A stretch of 64,000 nucleotides of DNA from a virus, in IMG/VR virus record IMGVR_UViG_3300017788_003020, positions 15,625-79,624 of that record. The stretch is one strand, 5' to 3'. The notes below the pieces were generated by a model. That model saw only the letters and a list, made by a program, of their open reading frames with translations. It did not search any database and had not been told where the DNA came from. A program made the position numbers and the translations under genes. Within the stretch, counting starts at the first letter, position 1. The number at the start of each line of letters is the position of its first letter. Positions 19,266 to 29,700 of this stretch are shown piece by piece.

Positions 19266-19655
19266 GGGGGTGTCATTGGTTTCGATTGGCTTTTGACGCA
19301 CTAAGAAGCAACCCGTGCTGATACTCGGTGGAGCACGATAATACAACTGAGTAAATCATAAGTGGCAATAATAGCACACATATTTTCAATCAATATCCAT
19401 TGGTTGGAAATACCCAGACACAATACGCAGTAGCGGCTTGAGTCCGAGTGATGTAATTTGTAGCTGTTCTCATTATATCACTCGTCGCCTATAACAGCAT
19501 ATACTATAAAGGGCTTTCACTTTATAGTGAATTTTTGAAAGCAAAAGAATTATCGGCTGTCCTTTGCCTAAATAATTCTTACTATAAAAGGACTATGGTT
19601 GTAGTGGTCTGGTAACTTGATAGTCAAGACGGGGGTTCGAATCCCCCCACCTCCA
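19266..19655 (+). ncRNA. ssrA: tmRNA; predicted tag (A)GNNSTHIFNQYPLVGNTQTQYAVAA
   Basis: Acceptor stem GGGGGTG/CACCTCC-A with a G3:U pair, GGTTTCGA 5' motif, T-arm GGGGG-TTCGAAT-CCCCC, tag ORF 19364-19441 ending YAVAA-stop. Confidence 0.93.
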
Positions 19656-19687
19656 CAATTTTTTATTTTTATTTTAAGGTTAATGTT

Positions 19688-20452
19688 ATGGAATATTATG
19701 AGAAAATGTGCTCGATGGCATCAGACCCGAGCAAGAAAAAAACTAAAAGTGACTTGGAATTATTAGATTTACTAAAAACATGTGAAATTTTTTGTATTCA
19801 TCCTAATAACCCAAACCCTACGCATATTGAAAGTGACCATGAACTCATCCATGACCCAGAAGGGTATAAAGGAGATTTAGATTCTCCATTCAAGACTGTT
19901 TGGATAGAAATGGGAGAATTGAATGGTTCAAAATATAAACTGACTGTCGATGAACATCCATACAAAATCCACGAACCAGTTGTTGATTGTCTTGGGATTC
20001 TTATTCATGAAACTACTCCTAAGATTTTTAGAATATGGGGCTTGTTTGAAGTTTATGGAGCTTTCAGTGACTTAAATAAAAAACGATTAGTCATAATTGA
20101 AACTTCTACTTTAAGCTCTCTTGCTGAATCCATGATTGATAGAATAAACAAAGAAGCATGGGGATTGGAAGCACCAAAAACAAAGTTAAAAATAGGAACA
20201 GGTGACTTAAAACAAATTAGAAGAATAAATAGAGTTATTCATATAACTCCAAAAAGAAATACCAAGAATATAAAAGGTAGCGGTAAGAAAATAGATTGGT
20301 CTCATACTTGGACAGTAAGAGGACATTGGAGAATTATAAAAGGAATCGGAAAAGACAGAGATGGTATAGCTTCAGTTCAAGGTCATACTTGGATTGGTTC
20401 TTATCTGAAAGGAGCTGGTGAACTTATCAAAAAAGCAAGACTTATTAAATAA
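19688..20452 (+). CDS. Hypothetical phage protein with a C-terminal HxxxVRGHWR motif
   Basis: ORF; HTWTVRGHWR...WIGSYLKG. Confidence 0.7.
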   Translation: MEYYEKMCSMASDPSKKKTKSDLELLDLLKTCEIFCIHPNNPNPTHIESDHELIHDPEGYKGDLDSPFKTVWIEMGELNGSKYKLTVDEHPYKIHEPVVDCLGILIHETTPKIFRIWGLFEVYGAFSDLNKKRLVIIETSTLSSLAESMIDRINKEAWGLEAPKTKLKIGTGDLKQIRRINRVIHITPKRNTKNIKGSGKKIDWSHTWTVRGHWRIIKGIGKDRDGIASVQGHTWIGSYLKGAGELIKKARLIK

Positions 20453-20475
20453 AAGATTAGGCATTAAAATTTACT

Positions 20476-21270
20476 ATGGAAAATGAAAAAATCTCAGAAT
20501 ATGAATTATTGAGAATATTCTCTGAACTACAGTCGAATTCTTCTTTTGATAAATTAGCTCCAACTTGGACACCGAGGCTACTTAAAATTAAAGAATTGTT
20601 AGGACTATTTCAAATTCCATATAAAGTCAAGCATTATGTAGTTCCTGGTTATGAGAGTAGATATTTTACTAATTTCTATGTCTCATTTAATAAGGATAGC
20701 CAAGAGAAAGGTCTTATTTTCCTTGCCCACCATGACATAACTAATGAAAGGTCTGAGAACTCGCAAGACAATACATCTTCTGTTTGTCAGTTACTTTCAT
20801 TGATGCAAATAATTAAAAATAAAGAATTGACTCGACCTATTCATTTTGCACTTGTTGATTCAGAAGAACATAAAAATTTTAATTGTTGCGGTAGCCAAGT
20901 TTTATCAGAAGATATACACAATCGAGAGTTCGGAGAAGTAGAGTTATGTATTAATTTAGAATTAACAGGTCTTGGGAAAAATATATGGGTTAGTAATTAT
21001 GAAAAATTCCCCGAATCTTCTCAAGATATAATACAAAAACTAAATGCTCAGAGGGTTAAAACGCCCTTTAATGATGCATATGTTTTGTCTCTTTATGATG
21101 TTCCAGCTATTTGCATTGGTCTTTTAGATGATGATGATATAATTACAGCTATTGAATCAACAGGATACCCCAAAATTTGGTCATTATGTCATAGCATGGA
21201 AGATACTTTTGATAAAATATCAGAAGAAGATATGGTTCAATTTCAAAACTTAATTTCAAGCCTTTTATGA
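20476..21270 (+). CDS. M28 family zinc peptidase
   Basis: AHHD, QDNTSSV, DSEE, INLE, CHSMEDT. Confidence 0.8.
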   Translation: MENEKISEYELLRIFSELQSNSSFDKLAPTWTPRLLKIKELLGLFQIPYKVKHYVVPGYESRYFTNFYVSFNKDSQEKGLIFLAHHDITNERSENSQDNTSSVCQLLSLMQIIKNKELTRPIHFALVDSEEHKNFNCCGSQVLSEDIHNREFGEVELCINLELTGLGKNIWVSNYEKFPESSQDIIQKLNAQRVKTPFNDAYVLSLYDVPAICIGLLDDDDIITAIESTGYPKIWSLCHSMEDTFDKISEEDMVQFQNLISSLL

Positions 21271-22247
21271 AACATGCATTAGTTACTGGTGGTTTAGGAT
21301 TTATTGGTAGCTCTTTTGTAAGACTATTGATTCGATATGGAGTAAAGGTTACAATAATTGATAATTATAGTTATGCTTCTGATGAAAATAGAGTAAATTC
21401 CGAGAATCCAAATCTTTCAATTAAACGTGCAAATATATGCAACGATGAAGCTTATGACTCTCTCTCTGATGATATAGATTCTATATTTCATTTTGCGGCA
21501 GAAACTCATGTTGACCGTTCTATAAAATATCCTCATATATTTTTGGAAACGAATGTTATCGGAACTCAAAAGGTTTTAGAATACGCTAAAAAAATAAAAA
21601 AAAGAATAGTAATTATATCAACAGATGAGGTGTATGGTTCAGCTCCCGATGGAAAGCATTTTTCAGAAACGGATGTATTAAATCCAAGTTCGCCTTATTC
21701 AGCATCAAAGGCATCTTCTGATTTGTTAGGACTTTCTTACCATACTACTTTCAATACTGATGTTATAATAACCCGTTGTAGTAATAACTATGGCGAATAT
21801 CAAACAATAGAAAAATTAATACCCCTTTCTATTTACAATATTTTACATGATATACCAATACCTATTTATGGAGATGGTATGCAACAAAGAGATTGGATTC
21901 ATGTAAATGACCATTGTATCGGAGTTCTCTATGCATTTAACTACGGTCAATCTGGAGAAATTTACAACATAGGAACGGGAGTAGAAACTCCAAACATAGA
22001 ACTTTTGAAAATTCTTGCAAAAGAGTTGAATAAAGATGTGACATTTGAGTTCATAGGTGATAGATTAGGGCATGATGTTAGATATGCTCTTGATAGTTCT
22101 AAACTCATGGGACTTGGATGGAGACCTTTTTATTCTTTACAAGATGGAATGAGCGATATTGCCCATTGGTATAAAAACAATACTGATTGGCTTGAACAAA
22201 ACAGAGATAAAAATAAACAATGGTTGAGTGAGCAATATGGAAAATAA
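21267..22247 (+). CDS. rfbB: dTDP-glucose 4,6-dehydratase
   Basis: VTGGLGFIG, HFAAETHVDRS, STDEVYG, YSASK, RCSNNYG, GHDVRY. Confidence 0.93.
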   Translation: MKHALVTGGLGFIGSSFVRLLIRYGVKVTIIDNYSYASDENRVNSENPNLSIKRANICNDEAYDSLSDDIDSIFHFAAETHVDRSIKYPHIFLETNVIGTQKVLEYAKKIKKRIVIISTDEVYGSAPDGKHFSETDVLNPSSPYSASKASSDLLGLSYHTTFNTDVIITRCSNNYGEYQTIEKLIPLSIYNILHDIPIPIYGDGMQQRDWIHVNDHCIGVLYAFNYGQSGEIYNIGTGVETPNIELLKILAKELNKDVTFEFIGDRLGHDVRYALDSSKLMGLGWRPFYSLQDGMSDIAHWYKNNTDWLEQNRDKNKQWLSEQYGK

Positions 22248-22434
22248 TAGATTAAGACCTTTGAAACAACCTTCTATTGACTTGAATGAAGAAACTATGA
22301 ATCCTCTTCTTAAAAAGATGATAAAGAAGATGAACTCAGAGTCATTCATGACCGATGAAAAAGATGTTTTAGTAAGACTTGAGAATTACAAGAAAAAGAA
22401 AGGTTCCTTTGAAGAGGATGGAGAAAGTGAATAA
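22237..22434 (+). CDS. Small hypothetical protein
   Basis: ORF coupled to rfbB. Confidence 0.5.
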   Translation: MENNRLRPLKQPSIDLNEETMNPLLKKMIKKMNSESFMTDEKDVLVRLENYKKKKGSFEEDGESE

Positions 22435-22436
22435 TG

Positions 22437-22463
22437 AAAAAGGAGGCATTTGCCTCCTTTTTT
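22437..22463. terminator. Bidirectional intrinsic terminator
   Basis: AAAAAGGAGGC-ATTT-GCCTCCTTTTT. Confidence 0.85.
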
Positions 22464-23364
22464 ACTCGTAGCTTACAATAGAACTGCTGAATTCTTCTGA
22501 AAAATAATGAAGTATAAATTCATACATAAAGTCATTAATATAGTGAAGTATATTCCACCCAATCGTAGATGCTGTTGTATCTGGTCTTTTTAGTTTCATT
22601 TGTAAAAACCCTCTTGCATTAGAAAGAACTTCGATATATTCTTCCATTCCAAATGCTGGATTTTCTTTAACTCCATCGCTTGTTTGCTTTTTATATGCTT
22701 CTACGCATTCATCCTTTTGATTTACAATTTTAAGGATTTCTGATACAGTTACATAATCGGGTTCCATTCTTAGTATTTCTCTTAATTGACCGCTTCTTGC
22801 CAACTTTCTTACATTTTCTGGGTTTTCTAATTTATATTTCTTCAAACTGGGGCTAAATGTCATGTTCCACTTACCATATTGATTTAACATATTTATAAGT
22901 TTATCTATAAGTCCTCCAAGATATCCAGTTGAGTAATAACCTGCATTGACCGCTTGTTCTTGTTGCATTTGGATATACCATTCTTCGTTTCTATAATCTT
23001 TTGATGCTCCATCTGTCAAATAATCCATTTTTCCTTCTAAGTCTTCTTTACTTATATTTCTATCACTTGTATATTGGTCTATATTTGACCATAAAACATA
23101 AAACAACTCATTGGCTTTTATTTCATCTGTCCCATATTTTATGACAATATTATTGTTCATGGGGTCTCCTTGAAATTCCTTACCGTAAACTATATTTTTG
23201 GCTACTCTCCACATTCTATCGTGAATGTAATCATATAAATCCTTGTAAGTTATGCTTCCAGCTTTCAAGTTCTTGTATTGATATTTTTCGTTTAAGATGC
23301 TTTCTATCTCTGAAAAATTCAAACTTTCATTCACGAATTGCTCAAAATTTGCTATTCTTTTCAT
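22462..23364 (-). CDS. Hypothetical protein with capsid-targeting-like N-terminus (MKRIANFEQFVNE)
   Basis: ORF; GATATATA (minus) at 23394-23401. Confidence 0.7.
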   Translation of the reverse strand: MKRIANFEQFVNESLNFSEIESILNEKYQYKNLKAGSITYKDLYDYIHDRMWRVAKNIVYGKEFQGDPMNNNIVIKYGTDEIKANELFYVLWSNIDQYTSDRNISKEDLEGKMDYLTDGASKDYRNEEWYIQMQQEQAVNAGYYSTGYLGGLIDKLINMLNQYGKWNMTFSPSLKKYKLENPENVRKLARSGQLREILRMEPDYVTVSEILKIVNQKDECVEAYKKQTSDGVKENPAFGMEEYIEVLSNARGFLQMKLKRPDTTASTIGWNILHYINDFMYEFILHYFSEEFSSSIVSYE

Positions 23365-23519
23365 TTGTTTTAAGTTAAATTTCTTTGTTTTTCTATATAT
23401 CCATTATTTTAATCCACATGGTAAAATTTAGTTAAAACTTAAAAATAAAGAGTCTTTCAAACTTTAATCTATAAATTGATATATACTTATACATGGTGAT
23501 TTCTTAAAAATAAATAGGC

Positions 23520-23888
23520 ATGTTTATGGAATTAATTATTTTGGTTGTTCTTTTAGCTGTTATAGCTGGAGCAATCGGTATCGCTACAAAAAATTCAGAT
23601 GGTGGCGAAACATCAAGTAATGTTGGATTTGATTTAGAGGCAAGAGGTCCTTTTGAATCAACTCCTTCATTAAGCACTTCAGCAAAACCTGCAAGAAAGG
23701 CATCAAAAAAGGTTAGTGCAAAATCTACAAAGGAAACTCCTGCTGTAAGTGTTAAGAAAGGAAAGCCTGCGAAAAAGGCAACTACGCCAACTCCTGCTCC
23801 TACAACTTCTAAAAGAGCTGTTGAAAAAGCTCAACCTGCAATTGAAGTAAAGGCTACAAGAAAAGGAAAAGCAGGAAAAAGAAAATAA
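23520..23888 (+). CDS. Single-TM protein with a Lys/Ala/Pro-rich (histone H1-like) tail
   Basis: N-terminal hydrophobic helix; low-complexity basic C-terminus; GATATATA at 23478. Confidence 0.7.
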   Translation: MFMELIILVVLLAVIAGAIGIATKNSDGGETSSNVGFDLEARGPFESTPSLSTSAKPARKASKKVSAKSTKETPAVSVKKGKPAKKATTPTPAPTTSKRAVEKAQPAIEVKATRKGKAGKRK

Positions 23889-23920
23889 AAAATTACTATA
23901 TAGACTAAGTAGTTATTTTC

Positions 23921-23949
23921 AAATGCTCTCATGTGAGAGCATTTTTTTT
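23921..23949 (+). terminator. Intrinsic terminator
   Basis: AAATGCTCTC-ATGT-GAGAGCATTTTTTTT. Confidence 0.85.
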
Positions 23950-24014
23950 AGGTTGTCTTGAACTAATTGCTATTTTTGCATATAAAAATATGCAACCCAA
24001 ATGGAGATTTGGTT

Positions 24015-24251
24015 ATGATAACCATAGAAGACCTCTCTCGTATAATCGAGGTAGTGAAAATAAAAAAGATATGTGAAGATTGTGGAATGAACTATTCTAC
24101 AATCATGGCTAAAATTCAAAGAAAGACTGAGCTTTCTATTAAAGAAAGTGAATGTATAACTAATGTCTTACAGGCATATGGATTAAAGTTTGGATATCCT
24201 CCGAATCCAGACAAAGAAGAAAAAAAACAAGAACAATATGAAAATAAGTGA
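24015..24251 (+). CDS. Small HTH-like protein
   Basis: IKKICEDCGMNYSTIMAKI resembles an HTH; start revised to ATG 24015. Confidence 0.5.
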   Translation: MITIEDLSRIIEVVKIKKICEDCGMNYSTIMAKIQRKTELSIKESECITNVLQAYGLKFGYPPNPDKEEKKQEQYENK

Positions 24252-24480
24252 ACTAAAACAATTTTTGAATAATATACCAGAAGAATTAGAGTCATATCAG
24301 ATAATCTATCGAAGATTTGAAGATGAAGGAGAAAATATACTATTCTTAGATTATCCTCTAAGTACACTCTATGTCGATGATGAAAATGGTGAATTTATAT
24401 TTCTTGATAAAGACGGTTGGGATTATTTTGACAATAATCTGCTTCTTCGTGATGGTGATGATGATTCTGAGGATGCTTAA
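24238..24480 (+). CDS. Hypothetical acidic protein
   Basis: MKISELKQFL start overlapping the previous stop region. Confidence 0.6.
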   Translation: MKISELKQFLNNIPEELESYQIIYRRFEDEGENILFLDYPLSTLYVDDENGEFIFLDKDGWDYFDNNLLLRDGDDDSEDA

Positions 24481-24516
24481 AAGTAAACAAATAACTTAAA
24501 AACTTATATATTAGAT

Positions 24517-24609
24517 ATGAAAAAGAAAATACAAATAGAAGAATTGGTGCCTTATTTAAGCATAGCTATAGCATTATCTTATATTATTTTTGACTTGGTA
24601 AAATCATAA
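24517..24609 (+). CDS. 30-aa single-TM peptide (not in the ORF track)
   Basis: MKKKIQIEELVPYLSIAIALSYIIFDLVKS, translated by hand. Confidence 0.4.
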   Translation: MKKKIQIEELVPYLSIAIALSYIIFDLVKS

Positions 24610-24621
24610 AAGGACTTTGAT

Positions 24622-24816
24622 ATGTTGTTTTTATTCTCGATTACCCTGCTTATTTCCATTTTTACATTTTCTTTTCTATTTAACACTTTAAATAGATACT
24701 GGAAAACACTCGTTCCCAAAAGAAAAAGACTTTATATTATACTTACGACTATTAACTTTAGTATGATTATCTTAAATATATTTCTCATATTCAATTTTTT
24801 CTTAAAATTTATTTAA
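24622..24816 (+). CDS. Small two-TM membrane protein
   Basis: Hydrophobic ORF with AAGGA upstream. Confidence 0.45.
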   Translation: MLFLFSITLLISIFTFSFLFNTLNRYWKTLVPKRKRLYIILTTINFSMIILNIFLIFNFFLKFI

Positions 24817-24911
24817 TATAATTGATATATAGTTTACTCTTACTTTTAGGGATTTAGTTATTTTCTCTACATATAATGAAAAAAACAAAAAATAATATAA
24901 AAAATTAAACA

Positions 24912-25289
24912 ATGGTAATTTTAGGCGCATCTGAGTCTTATGAAAATAGGGGAAATATTGAAGAACTTACAAGGGTAATAGGTGATTCAACAAAGAAAAT
25001 AGAAAAAATCAAAAGTAATTTCGATACCCTTCTTTATGATATTTTTGATGAAATGATTGAGTCTGACAAAAACTTGGTATATGTGTTAAATGAAAAGTTT
25101 CAAAAAGAAATAGAAACCCTACCTGATTTTGTTGATTTATATGCTATATCCACAGAAATAGACCTAATGACCTCAGACATGAAAGCAACTGAAGAATCAG
25201 AAGCCTTAATAGAAATATGCAAAGAACATGAGTCTTATTTTGAATATTACATAGACATACAAAAAACTCTGATAAACATATACAGATGA
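24912..25289 (+). CDS. Hypothetical protein
   Basis: ORF; GATATATA at 24824; terminator at 25291-25317. Confidence 0.6.
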   Translation: MVILGASESYENRGNIEELTRVIGDSTKKIEKIKSNFDTLLYDIFDEMIESDKNLVYVLNEKFQKEIETLPDFVDLYAISTEIDLMTSDMKATEESEALIEICKEHESYFEYYIDIQKTLINIYR

Positions 25290-25409
25290 CAAAAGCCCCC
25301 AAAAATGGGGGTTTTTTATTTTATGGAGCCATTATACATTTTTTTAAGAAGTAGACCTAATATTTAATTTTTAAGATATATAGAATCATAAAATTTAACC
25401 TTATTGCAC

Positions 25410-26141
25410 ATGACGCGTGATGAATTAGTTGAACTTGTCCAAGATGAGTTGACAGTTTCGAGTGGATTGCCTAACTCAATCTCTCCAAAAGAAATAGAGC
25501 GTATAATAAAGAATGCAGAACGTTGGTTTTTCATAAACTATAAAAATGCGGTTGAATCTGATTTTTATGTAGTTCCTCATTCATATTTCACCTCATCTGA
25601 ATTTACAGATAGAAGATATATTCAATTACCTGACTGTGTTATGACTATCCAAGATTTTCGTGAAATTAGAGGTGGTTCAAGAATTGGTATAGTTGACCGA
25701 GACATTACAGAAAATAAAATCATAGCTTCTGAATTATTCCTCTCACCAGTTATTGGAGATGACCTTGTTATGAGGACTGCCCAATATGCTTACTGGGATT
25801 TAACAAAAGCATATTTCTTAGATACAGTCGCTTACACGTTTAATCAAAATACAAAAAGAATAAAAATATTAGGTAGAAATCCAAGAACAAGCACAATTAT
25901 CAAATGCTTTTCTAAAATACCAGAAGCTAATCTATATGATGATGATTTATTCATTAGGTGGATTTTTGCTAAAAGTAAAATAGCACTTGGGTATATGTAT
26001 TCACTTTATACATATCAATTGCCAGGTGGCGTAACAATAAATGGAAGCATCTTAAAGGATGCTGGTGAAAAAGAACTTCAAGAAGTAAAAGAACAGATAG
26101 ATAAAGAAGCACCACCAGATTGGTTCTTGGTTTATAATTGA
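25410..26141 (+). CDS. Neck/head-tail adaptor protein (T4 gp13-like)
   Basis: QLPGGVTING motif, length and composition typical of gp13-like proteins; GATATATA at 25375. Confidence 0.75.
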   Translation: MTRDELVELVQDELTVSSGLPNSISPKEIERIIKNAERWFFINYKNAVESDFYVVPHSYFTSSEFTDRRYIQLPDCVMTIQDFREIRGGSRIGIVDRDITENKIIASELFLSPVIGDDLVMRTAQYAYWDLTKAYFLDTVAYTFNQNTKRIKILGRNPRTSTIIKCFSKIPEANLYDDDLFIRWIFAKSKIALGYMYSLYTYQLPGGVTINGSILKDAGEKELQEVKEQIDKEAPPDWFLVYN

Positions 26142-26181
26142 TGATTTTACTAAAAGAATATATAAAATAAACATAATAAAC

Positions 26182-26745
26182 ATGCCTGCTAAATCTAAAG
26201 CCCAAGGTCGTTTAATGAGAATAGCCCTTGCATATAAAAAAGGTCATTTGAAAGCAAGTGAAGTCTCAGATTCGGCTAAAGAAATAGCTAACTCCATGAC
26301 AATAAAGGAGTTAGAAAAATATGCAACAACACCTGAAAAGGGTTTGCCTATGCATGTAGATGAAGAGTTTGCAACTCTTGATGCTACTCCTGGTATGGGG
26401 GATGTAACTCCACCAACAGCAACTACTCCTGGAAGTGGTGATGTATTTAACGCATACGGTTTATACACACAAGGATTTTTGAAAAAGACTAAAAAGGATA
26501 GGAAAGCTAAAAAAACAGACCCTATGAAACATTATCATCCTGAAAAAGGAATAGTTAATTTTCAACCTCATGGTAGTATTGTATATTTTGAAGACTTCAT
26601 TAAAAATTTGAGAACAACAAGTTCCAATTCTTTTAATGACCATAATGATGATTATCAAGGTTTCATAAATACAGATTCACAATATACAGGCCCAGAATCT
26701 GGGGATGGTGGATATGATGGTGGATATGATGGTGCTGGTGATTAA
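26182..26745 (+). CDS. DUF3008-like N-terminal domain protein
   Basis: MPAKSKAQ...AKEIANSMTIKELEKYATT..KGLP. Confidence 0.65.
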   Translation: MPAKSKAQGRLMRIALAYKKGHLKASEVSDSAKEIANSMTIKELEKYATTPEKGLPMHVDEEFATLDATPGMGDVTPPTATTPGSGDVFNAYGLYTQGFLKKTKKDRKAKKTDPMKHYHPEKGIVNFQPHGSIVYFEDFIKNLRTTSSNSFNDHNDDYQGFINTDSQYTGPESGDGGYDGGYDGAGD

Positions 26746-26792
26746 ATAGTTCTAATTAAACAATTAAGTATAAACATAAGTATTGAATTTTA

Positions 26793-29700
26793 ATGGTATA
26801 CGCTGCTGATAAATATCTAAGAACGTTTTTAGGTTTAAATGGTATAAGGAATCCTGCTCTTTTGGCTAATACAGAGTATGAAGACCCTACATATCCTATG
26901 TTTCATGTCCAATTTAAATTTGGGCCAGCATTGCCAGATGCTAAACATCCAGACTATGTCGCAAATAGGTTGCTTGATTCTGGTAGTAATCCAGAGTCCG
27001 CCATAAGTTACTTAAAAAGTATATCTGAACCCGAAAGAGCAGAAAGTTTAAGTAAGTTTATAGATGCTCTAAAAACTATAAGCGAAAAGACACCATATTA
27101 TTTTCAAGGTATATCTGGAATAGATAATCTTATGAAAATGCATTATCCTGTTGATTCAAAAACTCCATTTGCAGAACAACAGGATATTCTTCTTTCGGTA
27201 AAAACTCTTGAAAGTATTGACTTTAGAATTTTAGCGCTAAAGGACTTGTATAATAAATCAGTTTTCGATAGAAAGTATAGAAGATGGGTGTTACCTGTAA
27301 ATCTCAGAAGATTCAGAATGAGAATTATGATAGGCGAGTATCGCCAGATGGCTATTACAGAAGAAAATTTTTCTGTAAATCCAAGGCAACTTATGGACAC
27401 ATTAAGAGATGTTGATATATTTAATGCTTCTAATGTTGGTGGTAAATTATTAGGAAGAGTAAGTGAAGGAAGTTTAAGTTTTATAAAAAGATTACAGTGG
27501 TGGGATAATCATTTTTCATGTCTTGTATTTGATTGTCATGATTGTGAGTTTGAAATGAACTCAGCCCCTGAAGCTTTTTCTAATTTATCACATGGAGATA
27601 GTCTAAGGAATCCTTTAACTAACTCATTTGGAATTAGAGTAGGTAGAGTTGTAAATACGAATGTGTATAGTTTGTTGAAATTTGTTTTAACTGATGATAT
27701 TTTATACCAATCGTTTTTGAGAGCTCAGGCTCAATCAACAACTAAAAATAGTACAGCGGATGATAAGAAGTATGGTAATATAATGAAAAAATTAACTAAA
27801 GAAGATACAGAAGAAAAGGCAGCTATACTTTCAAAACAATATCAACAAATATTCAAGCCTGTATATGATTCTTGGGGTAGCTATCAGAATCTTTTAAGAG
27901 AGAAGGGTGATAATAAAAGGGTTATACTGGAAAATAGGGATTTTGAAAGTGCTGTAAGTGCAGATTTAAATGAAGGATTAGGTGCTTTAGGTATAGGAGA
28001 TGCTTTAGGTAATGGAACAAATTTCGGACCTGGTTTGGGTTCAGTTGGTAATTTTGTTGGCGATACTCTTTCAGGTTTAGCACAAGAAGCATTAGGAATG
28101 GCGACCGAACAGGTTACTAAAAATGTATTTGATAATGCTCTTTATAATTCTATTGCAGGAACTGCTCTTGGTGTATTAAATGGAGACTTAAATGCGGCGG
28201 CAAGAAACTTTACAAACCCAGCATTAGCGGCTCAATTGGGTATAAATTTAGAATTTTCAAATAATCCTGTCCCTCCAAATCTAAGAGATGGAGTTCCATC
28301 TAAATTGGATTTGACTCCTCCAAATGTTCAGCGTTCTCTTACGGACGTTAGAGCTAATTTAACGGGAGAGGGAGCTGACCCAAGATTTCAAGCTATTGGT
28401 AGACCTGGTCAGAGTTTATTCTCTAACCCAGAAAGCATAGAAAAAGCTATGCAACCTCAAACCATAGAATTTACTGAAGTTAGAAAAGAAACTAAGATGT
28501 CTACTACTAATGTAGAATTTACTGAAGTAAAAAAAGAAACTCGATTAAATCCACAGAAAGAAACTCTCGTTGGAGCTACTCCAAAGAAAACCTTTGATTC
28601 TACAAATGCAGACTTGCAGGGCGCTCAGGCTCTTAAAGACCTAACACCATCTAATGCAGATTTAACTGGTGCTCAGCCTATAAGAGACTTGAATCCTACA
28701 AATGCAGACTTGCAGGGCGCTCAGGCTCTTAAAGACCTAACGCCATCTAATGCAGATTTAACTGGTGCTCAACCTATACGAGACTTGAACCCTACAAATG
28801 CAGATTTAGAAGGAGCTCAACCTATACGAGACTTGAACCCTACAAATGCAGATTTAGAAGGAGCTCAGCCACTTAAAGACTTAACGCCATCTAATGCAGA
28901 TTTACAAGGCGCGCGACCTCTCAAAGACTTAACGCCATCTAATGCAGATTTAACTGGTGCTGAACCTATTAAAGACTTAACGCCATCTAATGCAGATTTA
29001 ACTGGTGCTGAACCTATTAAGGACTTAAAGCCATCTAATGCAGATTTGCAGGGCGCACAACCTCTCAAAGACTTAACGCCATCTAATGCAGATTTAGAGG
29101 GGGCTCAACCTATAAGAGACTTAAATCCTATAAATGCAGATTTGATTGGTTCTCAACCTCTCAAAGACTTAACGCCATCTAATGCAGATTTACAGGGAGC
29201 ACAACCTATACGAGACCTAACTCCATCTAATGCAGATTTACAGGGCGCACAGGCAATAAAAGACCTAACTCCATCTAATGCAGATTTGCAGGGGGCGGAG
29301 GCAATAAAAGACTTAACGCCATCTAATGTAGGCCTACAAGGCATACAGCCCATGAGAGATTTGAATACTACAAATGCAGACTTAACTGGCGCTGAGGCAA
29401 TAAGAGACCTAACACCGTCTAATGCAGATTTACAAGGTACACAACCTATACGAGACCTAACACCATCTAATGCAGATTTACAAGGAGCTTCTGCTCAAAG
29501 AGCATTTACGGAAACAAACGCTGATTTGAATGGAGCCTCTCCATCAATGAGATTCGATAATGATAATGTAAAATTGGAGGGTAAACTTTCTTCTGACAAA
29601 TTCAATTCTTCAAATGTAGGTTTTACTGGTTCTTCTACAAAAACTGTAAATAATTTAGGAGTAGAAAATCTTGAAGGTAAAGATGCTCTAAGAGAGTTTA

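Noticed and set aside
28598-29560. 48-nt tandem repeats as a CRISPR array
   Set aside because: No unique spacers; in-frame coding repeat with synonymous variation; no cas genes
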